A stretch of 64,000 nt of DNA from an uncultured bacterium (GCA_964556365.1 CAZKVT010000001.1:71158-135157); one strand, 5' to 3'; counted from the stretch's first letter, positions 49,792 to 59,102 are shown. A program made the numbers and translations. The notes: generated by a model not told the origin, from the sequence alone.

Positions 49792-50853
49792 ATGATAAGA
49801 AAGACCATATCTAAAAAAACCACTTATCAGGGTTTGATTGATAGGATTGCTGAAATTCTTAAGCAGGCAAGGACTAAAGTGCTAAAAGAAATAAACAGAA
49901 CACAAGTTTTGGCATACTGGGAGATCGGCCGTGAAATTGTGGAATTTGAGCAGAAAGGTAAGGCACGAGCAGCATATGGAAAGGGATTATTAAAAAAACT
50001 TTCGGCAGACATGACTGCCAAATTTGGAAAAGGATTTTCACGTTCTAATCTTCAAAATATGCGACTTTTTTACCTTGCTTACCAAAAATGCCAGACGGTG
50101 TCTGGCAAATCTCAATTTGAACCCATATTATCCTGGTCTCACTATTGCGAATTGTTGAAGACAGAAGAACCCCTTGCCCGCTCTTTTTATGAGAAAGAGG
50201 CATCTCAGAATAACTGGTCTGTAAGAGAATTGAAAAGGCAAATTAACTCTATGCTTTTTGAACGATTGGCTTTGAGCAAGGACACCAGAACCGTAATGCG
50301 GATGGCAAAGAAGGGGCAAATTATAGAGAAACCAGAAGATGCTATTAAAGACCCTTATATTCTGGAATTTCTTAATCTTAAAGAAGAAACCTCCTATACT
50401 GAAAGTGATTTGGAACAGGCAGTAATAGATAAACTGGAGTATTTCCTTCTGGAGATTGGTAAGGGTTTTAGTTTTGTTGCCCGTCAGAAAAGGATTACCA
50501 TTGCTAACAGACATTATTATATTGACCTTGTCTTTTATAATCGTATTCTGAAATGTTTTATGTTAATAGACCTGAAGACTGGCGAACTTGACCATTCTGA
50601 CATTGGACAGATGAACTTTTATCTGAATTACTTCAAGGAAAATGAAAAAAGAGAAGAAGAAAACGACCCTATTGGTCTTATTCTTTGTGCTAAAAGAGAC
50701 GATATATTTGCAAAATATGTTTTAGGAGGATTGAACAACAAAGTTTTTGCCTCTAAATATAAATTAGCATTGCCCTCGGAGCAGGAAATAAAACGGAAAC
50801 TAAAATCAATCCCTTTATCATTAGATATGAAACATAAAAAGGGGAAAGGCTGA
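49792..50853 (+). CDS. DUF1016/YhcG-family PD-(D/E)xK nuclease
   Basis: YhcG-like N-terminus (VLAYWEIGREIVEFEQ...YG..LLK.LS..L), SWSHY, and a C-terminal nuclease core YIDLVFYN...LIDLKTGEL. Confidence 0.75.
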   Translation: MIRKTISKKTTYQGLIDRIAEILKQARTKVLKEINRTQVLAYWEIGREIVEFEQKGKARAAYGKGLLKKLSADMTAKFGKGFSRSNLQNMRLFYLAYQKCQTVSGKSQFEPILSWSHYCELLKTEEPLARSFYEKEASQNNWSVRELKRQINSMLFERLALSKDTRTVMRMAKKGQIIEKPEDAIKDPYILEFLNLKEETSYTESDLEQAVIDKLEYFLLEIGKGFSFVARQKRITIANRHYYIDLVFYNRILKCFMLIDLKTGELDHSDIGQMNFYLNYFKENEKREEENDPIGLILCAKRDDIFAKYVLGGLNNKVFASKYKLALPSEQEIKRKLKSIPLSLDMKHKKGKG

Positions 50854-50856
50854 ATA

Positions 50857-50902
50857 GATGAAGAAAAAGGTTGGGGAGTGATAATTGAGGAGGAGAAATG
50901 AG
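50857..50902 (+). repeat. 46-bp direct repeat, copy B (relic cas5 tail fused by ATGA to the cas10-like start)
   Basis: GATGAAGAAAAAGGTTGGGGAGTGATAATTGAGGAGGAGAAATGAG. Would encode DEEKGWGVIIEEEK* versus cas5 DEEKGWGVIIEKEK*. Confidence 0.9.
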
Positions 50903-52910
50903 CGATAAAAATAAATTTGTTCCAGAATTGCATGATATTGGGAAGCTTGTAGATAGACAAGCTCTCAATCAGGCAGGTATTCAAATTACTGGTCATACCT
51001 TTCACGATTTTGACTTTTCACAAATTGGCGTTTCACAACCATTCTCTCCAAGTTGGTACGCTCAATATTTGGAAAAAGACGAGTTAAGACCACCTGACAA
51101 AGACTTGTTGAACTCTCAAGAAGCAAAAGAATACATTCCCGACCCACAAATCCGTGCTGATGTTTTAATCACAAAAATGGCAGACGGTATATCAGCGGCA
51201 ATATCTCGACTTGAGTTGTATGGAAAGCGTATTCATAGAGGTCAAGTTAGTGAAGGTGTCCACAAACTTTGGAATGCTAAATTCTACGAGGAGAAAAAAC
51301 AAGGAGGGCAGTATTGGTCACCTTTTACTGATACTGAAAGTTTCAAGGGGATGTTCCAGTACATTGATTCATGTTTAAGTTATCAAGACTTTTTCAGAAA
51401 ATACGGGGAATATCTCAGCCTCACTCCAGAGGATAAAACCGCCCCCGGTAATATCGTAAGTCTTTATACCCATTTGGAACTTGTTGGTAAAATCTATCGC
51501 ACTTTAAAGAAACATTCACTACTTCAATTACAAAATGCACAAAACATTCTTCTTTACAACAATCAACCAATAAAAAGTGTCCAAGAAGCTTCTGGACACA
51601 TCGACCCTAAAGAAGATCAAGGTAAGTGGATATTTCGGATAGTAAATTGTAACATTGGATTTCCCCAATCTTTCTCTCGCCTCCAAGATCTTAACGTCTT
51701 TAGAAAAAGGGCTGATTTGATTAAAGCCTTTTCAGAAGATGAAAACACGAAAGATTATGTTTTATTCTTTACAGATGATTTAATTTGTCTGTTTATCCCG
51801 AAAGATGGCGAAGTTAGAATCCAAGAGTTATTAGACTCGTTTCTTGAAGCAAGATTTATAATTGACTACAAAGAAATGGAGGCAGAGTTGAATCTCCTAA
51901 CCTCTTCTATGAAAAAAGCTTACGAAAAGTTTCACTCTTTATCAACAACCAGACATCTAAAACTTTATGAAAAAAGAGCAAACTTTGATTTTTCTCCAGA
52001 AATTCGTCCACATCTTTGTGATTCTTGTCAGATGAAACACGGTAAAGAAAGGGTTAAAGATCAGATTTATGAGTATTTATGTGATACTTGCTACGATATT
52101 CGCGAAATGGGTGACCCTGCTCGTGAATATGCTAAATGGGAAGAAAAAGGATTAAGAGCAGGATGGATGAAAATCACACTTGACCAAGAGCAGTTGTTAA
52201 GGACACTTTATAGACTGTATGAAGAATATGTCGATACTCATTCAGCAATGCAAAGTATAAGCAATAGTGATAAAACAGTGTTAAAAGATTCATTTAGACC
52301 TCTTGCTGTTCAGATGGATTTTGTAAAGGATTACAAGTTGCTATTAAAGGCTTTCAATGACCAGATATACGAAATAAAAGATAAAGAAGGAAATCCATTT
52401 TTCATCGAAGAAAATTTTCTTTATCCAATTGAAGGATATTATGAATTTGGTATATTCAAGGTTTATTCAGGTGAGGATATTTTGAAAGTCCTTGACTTAT
52501 TCTATAATCTCTTGAAGGAGTATTTCCCTGAATGCTTGAAAGATTCTCCTATCAAATTGTCAATAAGTCTTGCTCAGGTGAAATATCCTTATCAAGAGCA
52601 TTGGCGATTTTTGTCAATGCCGAAAAATGTTATTAACATACAAAGCCTTGGAAATTCAAAACTTAGTATAGATATCTCTCAATACAAATTGCTCAGAGAG
52701 AAAATTAGAAGAGAAGACACCAAATTGAGCCACTTTTTACATCGTTTGGCTGATATTGAAATTGAGACAAAAAGCGATATGACTGTGATGCTTGAAATAT
52801 TTAACAACCGAAAGAGATTTCCGGTTTTATTGGAATTGACTCAAAGTGAGTTATCAGTTAATCAAATACTTGACTTTTACAAATTAACTCGTGAGGTGGC
52901 TATTCCATGA
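50898..52910 (+). CDS. cas10: Cas10-like large subunit (HD domain; degenerate cyclase motif SGED)
   Basis: HD motifs ELHDIGK / GHTFHD / KMADGIS. Csm1-like NIVSLYTHLELV. Palm1-like VLFFTDDLICLF. CxxC-x17-CxxC (C374-C398). Palm2-like WMKITLDQ ... VYSGEDIL ... KLSISLAQVKYP. Confidence 0.7.
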   Translation: MSDKNKFVPELHDIGKLVDRQALNQAGIQITGHTFHDFDFSQIGVSQPFSPSWYAQYLEKDELRPPDKDLLNSQEAKEYIPDPQIRADVLITKMADGISAAISRLELYGKRIHRGQVSEGVHKLWNAKFYEEKKQGGQYWSPFTDTESFKGMFQYIDSCLSYQDFFRKYGEYLSLTPEDKTAPGNIVSLYTHLELVGKIYRTLKKHSLLQLQNAQNILLYNNQPIKSVQEASGHIDPKEDQGKWIFRIVNCNIGFPQSFSRLQDLNVFRKRADLIKAFSEDENTKDYVLFFTDDLICLFIPKDGEVRIQELLDSFLEARFIIDYKEMEAELNLLTSSMKKAYEKFHSLSTTRHLKLYEKRANFDFSPEIRPHLCDSCQMKHGKERVKDQIYEYLCDTCYDIREMGDPAREYAKWEEKGLRAGWMKITLDQEQLLRTLYRLYEEYVDTHSAMQSISNSDKTVLKDSFRPLAVQMDFVKDYKLLLKAFNDQIYEIKDKEGNPFFIEENFLYPIEGYYEFGIFKVYSGEDILKVLDLFYNLLKEYFPECLKDSPIKLSISLAQVKYPYQEHWRFLSMPKNVINIQSLGNSKLSIDISQYKLLREKIRREDTKLSHFLHRLADIEIETKSDMTVMLEIFNNRKRFPVLLELTQSELSVNQILDFYKLTREVAIP

Positions 52911-53563
52911 ACGAATCAAATAAGACCTTCCTTCATTTTGAAGTGAATACAGAAGCCATAGCAATTGGAGAGAGGATTAAAGGGGGAACTTACCGACCTT
53001 GCATAGAAACCATACCAACTTCAACTTTAAAAGGCTCTTTTAGAGATTATTTTGGCTTGACAGATACTCTAGCAATTGGTTTTTTTAGAGAAGGGACATA
53101 CGAGAAAGACACTTTTACTTATGCTCCCTTTGACACCTTCTTAGGAACTGCTAAACTCCCTATTTCTCTGGAGTACCTCAAACCAGCAAATGGCACAAAA
53201 GCAGTTATAGCAGATATTTATGCAGTGAAAATGGGAACAACAGAGTTTCTTACCAAAGCTGCTCCAACAGAAATTTCTCTTGGTGCTTTAAAGAGCAAAG
53301 GATTTGGCAGATGTGAATTAAGATACATCGGGGAAGTCAAACCTTATTTGAAAATTGGATACCTAAAAGGACGTTTTATTGAAGAAGAATGTGCCGCTTT
53401 TGGAATCGCTAAAGTTATTAAGCCATGTTATGGCTATCTATTTTACCCAACATCAGAGGTGAGTGGCGTGTATAAGAGAGCATTATTTGAAGGAAGCATA
53501 ATTGAAGGACCTGAAATCTTGATCAAGGAGGAATATAAATATGATTACAAAAACATTGGATGA
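52907..53563 (+). CDS. Small RAMP protein, Cas5-family-like (Csm4/Cmr3/Csx10 position)
   Basis: IPTSTLKGSFRDYFG N-terminal RAMP motif and glycine loop GALKSKGFGRCEL. ATGA overlap with the cas10-like gene. Confidence 0.55.
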   Translation: MNESNKTFLHFEVNTEAIAIGERIKGGTYRPCIETIPTSTLKGSFRDYFGLTDTLAIGFFREGTYEKDTFTYAPFDTFLGTAKLPISLEYLKPANGTKAVIADIYAVKMGTTEFLTKAAPTEISLGALKSKGFGRCELRYIGEVKPYLKIGYLKGRFIEEECAAFGIAKVIKPCYGYLFYPTSEVSGVYKRALFEGSIIEGPEILIKEEYKYDYKNIG

Positions 53564-54134
53564 TGTGATGAGGCGGATGATGAACGACTCTTATATATTT
53601 AGCCCACCGTATGATAGAAATGCAAAATCTGCTATACCTTTACTATTTGAAACGGAGGAGTGGAAACAACTTAAAGAAGCCTTCGAGGGAAAAGATAAAA
53701 ACTCTTTTAACTCCATTGTGGATAATCAATGCCAAAAACTTCAACAAAAAGAGCAAAATGCAAACCAGTGGAGAAAGAGAAGGATAAGAGATACAATTAA
53801 ATTAGGAAAAGCATTGAAAAACGCTTATGATCAAAAGCCTTACATTTTAGAACAGATGTTTGATAAACTCGATTCATTTGGAATTATTGAGTGCAAATTG
53901 CCCAACACGGAGGATTATGGTAAGGTCATTGAAAATCACAATCGCTCAACAGTGGAACAGTACTTCCTTTCTAAAATAGATAGAGCAAGAGGTTATCAGA
54001 AACCTGCACTTCGAAAAACATTAGAATATGTAAAGGAATTATACGCGATGAAGCTTGATGTACTTGAGATAGCATTCTTTATTAGGAAACTAAATTCTTT
54101 AACCCAGTTTATGGAGGTGATAAAAGATGAATAG
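53541..54134 (+). CDS. Putative Cas11-like small subunit (helical, by position)
   Basis: 197 aa, charged and helix-prone, SD AAGGAGG. Sits between the two RAMP genes as Csm2/Cmr5 do. I could not recognise a diagnostic motif. Confidence 0.35.
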   Translation: MITKTLDDVMRRMMNDSYIFSPPYDRNAKSAIPLLFETEEWKQLKEAFEGKDKNSFNSIVDNQCQKLQQKEQNANQWRKRRIRDTIKLGKALKNAYDQKPYILEQMFDKLDSFGIIECKLPNTEDYGKVIENHNRSTVEQYFLSKIDRARGYQKPALRKTLEYVKELYAMKLDVLEIAFFIRKLNSLTQFMEVIKDE

Positions 54135-54975
54135 CATTGGAAAAATGGATAAATTGCCAGAAAGCAAGCAACATGGGATAGTGACGGTGCTTCAGGTTCC
54201 ACTGAAGATAACCGTTCAGGAAGGCTCGTTCCTACACATCGGAGGTAGTTCTTCGCCACTTACAGAGAAGAAGGCCCCCGTCTTTTCTGTAGATGGAAAG
54301 CCAGCGATACCTGCATCCAGCTTTAAGGGGGCATTCAGATATCAAGTAGAGCAACTGCTAATCGCTAAAAAAGACGAGCTCAAATTAAAACTTGGGACAA
54401 CAGATGATAAGCTAATTAGACCGTGTATCCCCACACCAAGACCTTCAAGAGCCGAACAAGAATTACTGAACTTAGGATACAGGAAACACTGTGCGATAAA
54501 AGTCGAGGAAGATAAAGTTGAGATACCCAAGGAGAATAATAAACTTATTGGACTTTGCCCTGTTTGCTATCTCTTTGGTGCCACAGGTTTAATGGGGTTC
54601 CTTCGCATACCCAACTTTTGGCCTGAGACGGGAGAATACAGAATAAACCAGACAAGTATTAGGATAGATCGTGAAAGCGGAACAGCAGCTACGGGGGCAA
54701 TTGTTACGGGTGAACAGGTGAAGCCAGGAACAGTGTTTAAAGGAATATTAGAAATTATTTCTCAACAAAGAAATTTCCAATTTGGCAAAGCGAGAGAGAT
54801 CGGAGAAACAAAAGTTGACCTTTGGTTGGATGGCATTGCTTTAAAACCGATAGAAGAAGCACAACTCTTATTGATTAATGAGATCCTAATTCCTGCTCTG
54901 AATAACATAACCGTTCTCGGAGGTCAAAAGAGTAAAGGTGCGGGTAAGGTAAAAATTGAAATAGAAAATTCGTAA
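54127..54975 (+). CDS. Cas7-family RAMP (Csm3/Cmr4-like), the only backbone subunit of the cassette
   Basis: FLHIGGSSSP, KPAIPASSFKGAFRYQVEQLL, CPVCYLFGATGLMGF, C-terminal glycine loop LGGQKSKGAGKVKIE. Confidence 0.7.
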   Translation: MNSIGKMDKLPESKQHGIVTVLQVPLKITVQEGSFLHIGGSSSPLTEKKAPVFSVDGKPAIPASSFKGAFRYQVEQLLIAKKDELKLKLGTTDDKLIRPCIPTPRPSRAEQELLNLGYRKHCAIKVEEDKVEIPKENNKLIGLCPVCYLFGATGLMGFLRIPNFWPETGEYRINQTSIRIDRESGTAATGAIVTGEQVKPGTVFKGILEIISQQRNFQFGKAREIGETKVDLWLDGIALKPIEEAQLLLINEILIPALNNITVLGGQKSKGAGKVKIEIENS

Positions 54976-54982
54976 GATTTCT

Positions 54983-57196
54983 ATGTTTTTTGCCAAACCT
55001 GACGAATCCTTAAGCGACCATACAGAGAATACATTAAAAGTGTTTTCTTCCTTGAAAGAAGGTTATCAAGAAATTCCGGAATTATGTAATGTTCCTCAAT
55101 TCTGGAATAATTTATTTTATGCGATTTTCTTACACGATTTTGGAAAGATAGCAAGTGGCTTTCAAGAAGAACTAAAAACTGGTAAAAGATGGAATTATAG
55201 ACACGAAATTTTATCTGCAGGTTTTGTATCCGCTCTTGATGTGCCGGAGAAAGATAAAAACGCAATAGCTCTTGCTATTATAACACACCATAAGGATATA
55301 AAGGAACTAAGAGAAAAATATGCTACATATCCAAAAGAAAACCCCGGTTATCAAAGATTTCAAGAAAAACTAAAGGAACTAAACTTAAACGAATCAAACA
55401 ACCTTATTGATAATATAAAGAATTTTAGCTCAAAATATCTTGGAACGAAATTAACAAACTATCATTTCATTAATACTTATGAAGAATTGACAGATGTCTA
55501 CAGCAAATATGTATTACCTTATTATAGAGCATACAAATCAGAAGAATTGACGCCTCTTCACAGAAACTACGGCATTTTTATGAAAGGATTTCTTACCGCC
55601 GCCGACCATCTTGCTTCCGCGGGAGAATACGAAATAAAAAAAACAGTTAAGGAAATCAAAGATTATATAAAATTCAAACAGTTAAATACTGTTCAAAAGC
55701 AAGCAAGTAAATATAAAGGAGATATGTTTATTGTTTCTCCCACAGGAAGTGGAAAAACCGAAGCGGCATTGTTCTGGGCGCATAATAATCAGAACCCAGT
55801 TAGCTCCAAAAGGATCTTCTATATACTGCCTTATACCGCAAGTATCAACTATATGTATAAAAGATTTATTAAGCTTTTTGGAAACGACGAACTTGTCGCG
55901 GTTTTACATGGTAAATCTTCTTATTTTCTTTACAGGTTTTTCACAGAAGAAAGAGGATATATTAACTACAAAGATGCTAAAATAAGGGTAAAGGAATACC
56001 AGAGCTTAGCGAAAAAGATTTATAAACCATATAAAGTTATGACTCCCTTTCAAATTATAAAAGCTTTTTTTAGCCTTAAAGGATTTGAACGAAACATTTC
56101 CGAAATGGCAGGGGGTTTATTTATCTTTGATGAGATTCATTCCTACGATCCACATACTACAGCTCTTATTCTTCAGATTGCGAAATTCATAAAAGAAGAG
56201 TTAAACGGAAAACTGTTGTTTATGACAGCTACTATGCCTGAGTTCTTAAAGAATAATTTTCAGAAAGAACTTCAAATTTCTCAGGAAATAAGGATGAAGG
56301 AATCAGAGCTAAGGAACTTTACTCGACATAAGGTTAAGATTATTGAAGGCAATATTATAGATAATATTACGCTTATCAAAAATGATATTAAAAAAGGTAA
56401 GAAAGTACTTATTGTTATAAATACAGTAAAACAAGCACAGGATATTTTTCGAAATTTAATCGGTTCAACACCAAACTCCGTCCTCCTTCATAGCCGATTC
56501 ACTCTTAAAGATAGGGAAATAACAGAATCATCACTCAATAACAAAAACCTTCTTGTTGGAACTCAGGTAATTGAAGTTTCTCTAGATATAGATTATGATG
56601 TACTATATTCGGAACCTGCTCCTATTGATGCTTTACTACAGCGATTTGGAAGAGTTAACAGACGAGGGAAAAAGGGTATCTCACCTATTTATATTTTTTC
56701 GGAGGGAAGCGGAGTCGACGAAAGCAAATGGTCAATTTATGATTTAGCAAGAACGAAAAGGAGTATAGCTGCTTTAAAAAAGATCGATGTGCTTCAAGAA
56801 TCAAAAATCCAAGAAATTGTTAATGGAGTTTATAAAGAAGGATATTCGGAAAAAGAATTAAAACTCTTTAAAGATACTTCTGAAAACTTTTATAAATTCT
56901 ACCACAGTAATGTACCCTTCATAGATGCACAGAAAAAGGAAAGTGATTTTTATAATCTTTTCAAATCAGTAGAAGTAATTCCTGTTAAATTTTGGGACCA
57001 ATATAAAACCGAGTTAGAGAACAAAAGGTACTTCGAAGCTATGAAATACACTCTACCAATATCTCTTGGGCAATATGCTTATCTGAAAAATAAAGACAGG
57101 GTAAGTAATACAGATAGAGGAACAATCGTTGATGCCGAATATGACAGTAAATTTGGTTTACTCATAAGCGAACAAACATCTGCAACTTTTGTATGA
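54983..57196 (+). CDS. cas3: Cas3 HD nuclease-helicase fusion
   Basis: N-terminal HD (SDHTENT, FLHDFGK, RHEILS, ITHHKD). SF2 helicase motifs SPTGSGKTEAALFWA, FDEIHSYD, MTATMP. Confidence 0.9.
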   Translation: MFFAKPDESLSDHTENTLKVFSSLKEGYQEIPELCNVPQFWNNLFYAIFLHDFGKIASGFQEELKTGKRWNYRHEILSAGFVSALDVPEKDKNAIALAIITHHKDIKELREKYATYPKENPGYQRFQEKLKELNLNESNNLIDNIKNFSSKYLGTKLTNYHFINTYEELTDVYSKYVLPYYRAYKSEELTPLHRNYGIFMKGFLTAADHLASAGEYEIKKTVKEIKDYIKFKQLNTVQKQASKYKGDMFIVSPTGSGKTEAALFWAHNNQNPVSSKRIFYILPYTASINYMYKRFIKLFGNDELVAVLHGKSSYFLYRFFTEERGYINYKDAKIRVKEYQSLAKKIYKPYKVMTPFQIIKAFFSLKGFERNISEMAGGLFIFDEIHSYDPHTTALILQIAKFIKEELNGKLLFMTATMPEFLKNNFQKELQISQEIRMKESELRNFTRHKVKIIEGNIIDNITLIKNDIKKGKKVLIVINTVKQAQDIFRNLIGSTPNSVLLHSRFTLKDREITESSLNNKNLLVGTQVIEVSLDIDYDVLYSEPAPIDALLQRFGRVNRRGKKGISPIYIFSEGSGVDESKWSIYDLARTKRSIAALKKIDVLQESKIQEIVNGVYKEGYSEKELKLFKDTSENFYKFYHSNVPFIDAQKKESDFYNLFKSVEVIPVKFWDQYKTELENKRYFEAMKYTLPISLGQYAYLKNKDRVSNTDRGTIVDAEYDSKFGLLISEQTSATFV

Positions 57197-57247
57197 TGAA
57201 ACAATGCTAAATAACGGACATCAAATTTTATTTCATTTCAAGAAAAA

Positions 57248-57760
57248 ATGCATCAGAATAATTCAATAAATTTTATCACTCCTTCCCTCATAAACGCCTA
57301 TTGTATATGTAAACGTAAAGCGTGGTTTCAGAGCAGAAGTATAAATCCGCAACAGGATTATTCAAATGTCTCCATAGGAAGGACTATTGATGAAACTTCT
57401 TATAAGAGACAGAAAAAGTCTATCACAATCGATAATATGAAAATCGATTTAATCGAGGAATCGGAAGGAAATCCAATGATATGTGAAATCAAAAAATCAT
57501 CCGCCGGGAAAAAGGCAGCAATAATGCAGATTGCCTACTACCTTTACAGATTGAAAGAAATGGGCATTGATGCGAAAGGAAGACTGCTTTTGCCAAAAGA
57601 AAGAAAAAGAGAGACCGTGGAACTCAACGCGGAATTAGAAGAAGAAATAAAAAAATTGGTGAAGGAAACTAAAGAACTGATTTCACTCGACAAGCCCCCA
57701 GAATTAAAAAAGACAAAATTTTGTAGAAAATGCGCGTATTTTGAATTCTGTTTTACTTAG
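57248..57760 (+). CDS. cas4: Cas4 RecB-like nuclease
   Basis: N-terminal Cys (YCICKRKAWF) plus C-terminal CRKCAYFEFC cluster. EIKKS nuclease motif. Confidence 0.85.
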   Translation: MHQNNSINFITPSLINAYCICKRKAWFQSRSINPQQDYSNVSIGRTIDETSYKRQKKSITIDNMKIDLIEESEGNPMICEIKKSSAGKKAAIMQIAYYLYRLKEMGIDAKGRLLLPKERKRETVELNAELEEEIKKLVKETKELISLDKPPELKKTKFCRKCAYFEFCFT

Positions 57761-57768
57761 GAGGTGAT

Positions 57769-58761
57769 ATGAGAAGTTTATACGTAACATCAAACGGAAC
57801 ATTGCATAGAAGACAGAATACTCTGTATTTTGAAACGGAAGATGGTAAAAGGAAATATGTTCCTGTAGAGAATACACAAGAAATACTTATATTCGGAGAA
57901 GTTTCAATCAATAAAAAACTTATTGATTTTATTTCACAACAAGGGATTTTACTACATTTTTTTAATTATTATGGGTACTATTCGGGAACGTTTTATCCCA
58001 GAGAACATAATAATTCCGGTTGTACTATATTAATGCAAGCTACCTTTTATCAGGATAATGAAAAAAGACTTGAACTCGCAAGAAAATTTGTTGAAGGAGC
58101 AATTGAAAGTATTCTTAAAGTGCTTGGATATTACAATAACAGAGGCTCTGACCTTAAACAAAGAATTGAAAATATTGAAAGGATAAAGGAAAATATTTGC
58201 AAAGTTAACAATATCCAGGAACTCATGGGAAATGAAGGCAATTGTCGAGATATTTATTATGGGGCATTCGACGCAATACTGAACAATGAAGATTTTTCCT
58301 TTGATAGGCGTTCAAGACAACCGCCAAAGAATAGACTCAATGCCTTAATAAGTTTCGGAAATTCTCTGATTTATATCGTGACTTTAAGCGAGATTTACAA
58401 AACTCATCTTGACCCAAGAATCGGATTTTTACATTCTACTAATTTCAGGAATTTTAGTCTGAACCTCGACCTTGCTGAAATATTTAAACCTATCATAACA
58501 GACAGAATAATATTTACATTGATAAATAAGAAAATGATAAATAAAAATGATTTTGATTCAAAGATGAAAGGAACTTACCTTAGTGAAAAAGGAAGGGAAA
58601 CATATCTCAGGGAATTTGACAATAGGATGGAACAGACCATAAAGCATCCCAATTTAAAACGTAATGTCTCATACCGAAGATTAATACGTCTTGAAGCATA
58701 TAAAATTGAAAAACACCTTCTTGGTGATAAGAAGTATAGCCCGTGGGTAGCAAGATGGTGA
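57769..58761 (+). CDS. cas1: Cas1 integrase
   Basis: 330 aa, LYVTSNGTLHRRQNTLYF..., NALISFGNSLIY, DPRIGFLH. Confidence 0.9.
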   Translation: MRSLYVTSNGTLHRRQNTLYFETEDGKRKYVPVENTQEILIFGEVSINKKLIDFISQQGILLHFFNYYGYYSGTFYPREHNNSGCTILMQATFYQDNEKRLELARKFVEGAIESILKVLGYYNNRGSDLKQRIENIERIKENICKVNNIQELMGNEGNCRDIYYGAFDAILNNEDFSFDRRSRQPPKNRLNALISFGNSLIYIVTLSEIYKTHLDPRIGFLHSTNFRNFSLNLDLAEIFKPIITDRIIFTLINKKMINKNDFDSKMKGTYLSEKGRETYLREFDNRMEQTIKHPNLKRNVSYRRLIRLEAYKIEKHLLGDKKYSPWVARW

Positions 58762-58768
58762 CGAAACC

Positions 58769-59032
58769 ATGTATGTAATTCTCGTTTATGATATAGAAGA
58801 AAAAAGGGTGGCAAAAGTACTAAAAACTTGCCGAAAATATCTCAACTGGATACAGAATTCTGTATTTGAAGGAGAAATAACAAAAGCCCGATTGGAGAAG
58901 TTAAAGGCTGCTTTGAAAGAAATTATAAATAAAGAAAAAGATTCGGTTGTTTTTTATAAAATGAGAACCACCAAATATTTTAAGAAAGAAATAATGGGTA
59001 AAGAGAAAAGTGAAATATCTTCATTTATTTAA
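58769..59032 (+). CDS. cas2: Cas2
   Basis: 87 aa, MYVILVYDI...RVAKVLKTCRKYLNWIQNSVFEGEIT. Confidence 0.9.
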   Translation: MYVILVYDIEEKRVAKVLKTCRKYLNWIQNSVFEGEITKARLEKLKAALKEIINKEKDSVVFYKMRTTKYFKKEIMGKEKSEISSFI

Positions 59033-59102
59033 TTCGTCGACCTATAGTAACGCAAAAACATCAGGGTACCGACGAACATACAAAATTCCACCAAATTCAC
59101 TA

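Noticed and set aside
54983-57196. Considered a type I-D-like interpretation: Cas10d large subunit plus Cas3 helicase lacking HD.
   Set aside because: Cas3 here carries its own complete HD domain, a bona fide Cas8b/Cas7/Cas5 set is present, and the Cas10-like gene comes with its own RAMPs and a small-subunit candidate. Two effector modules explain the data better than a single I-D-like one.
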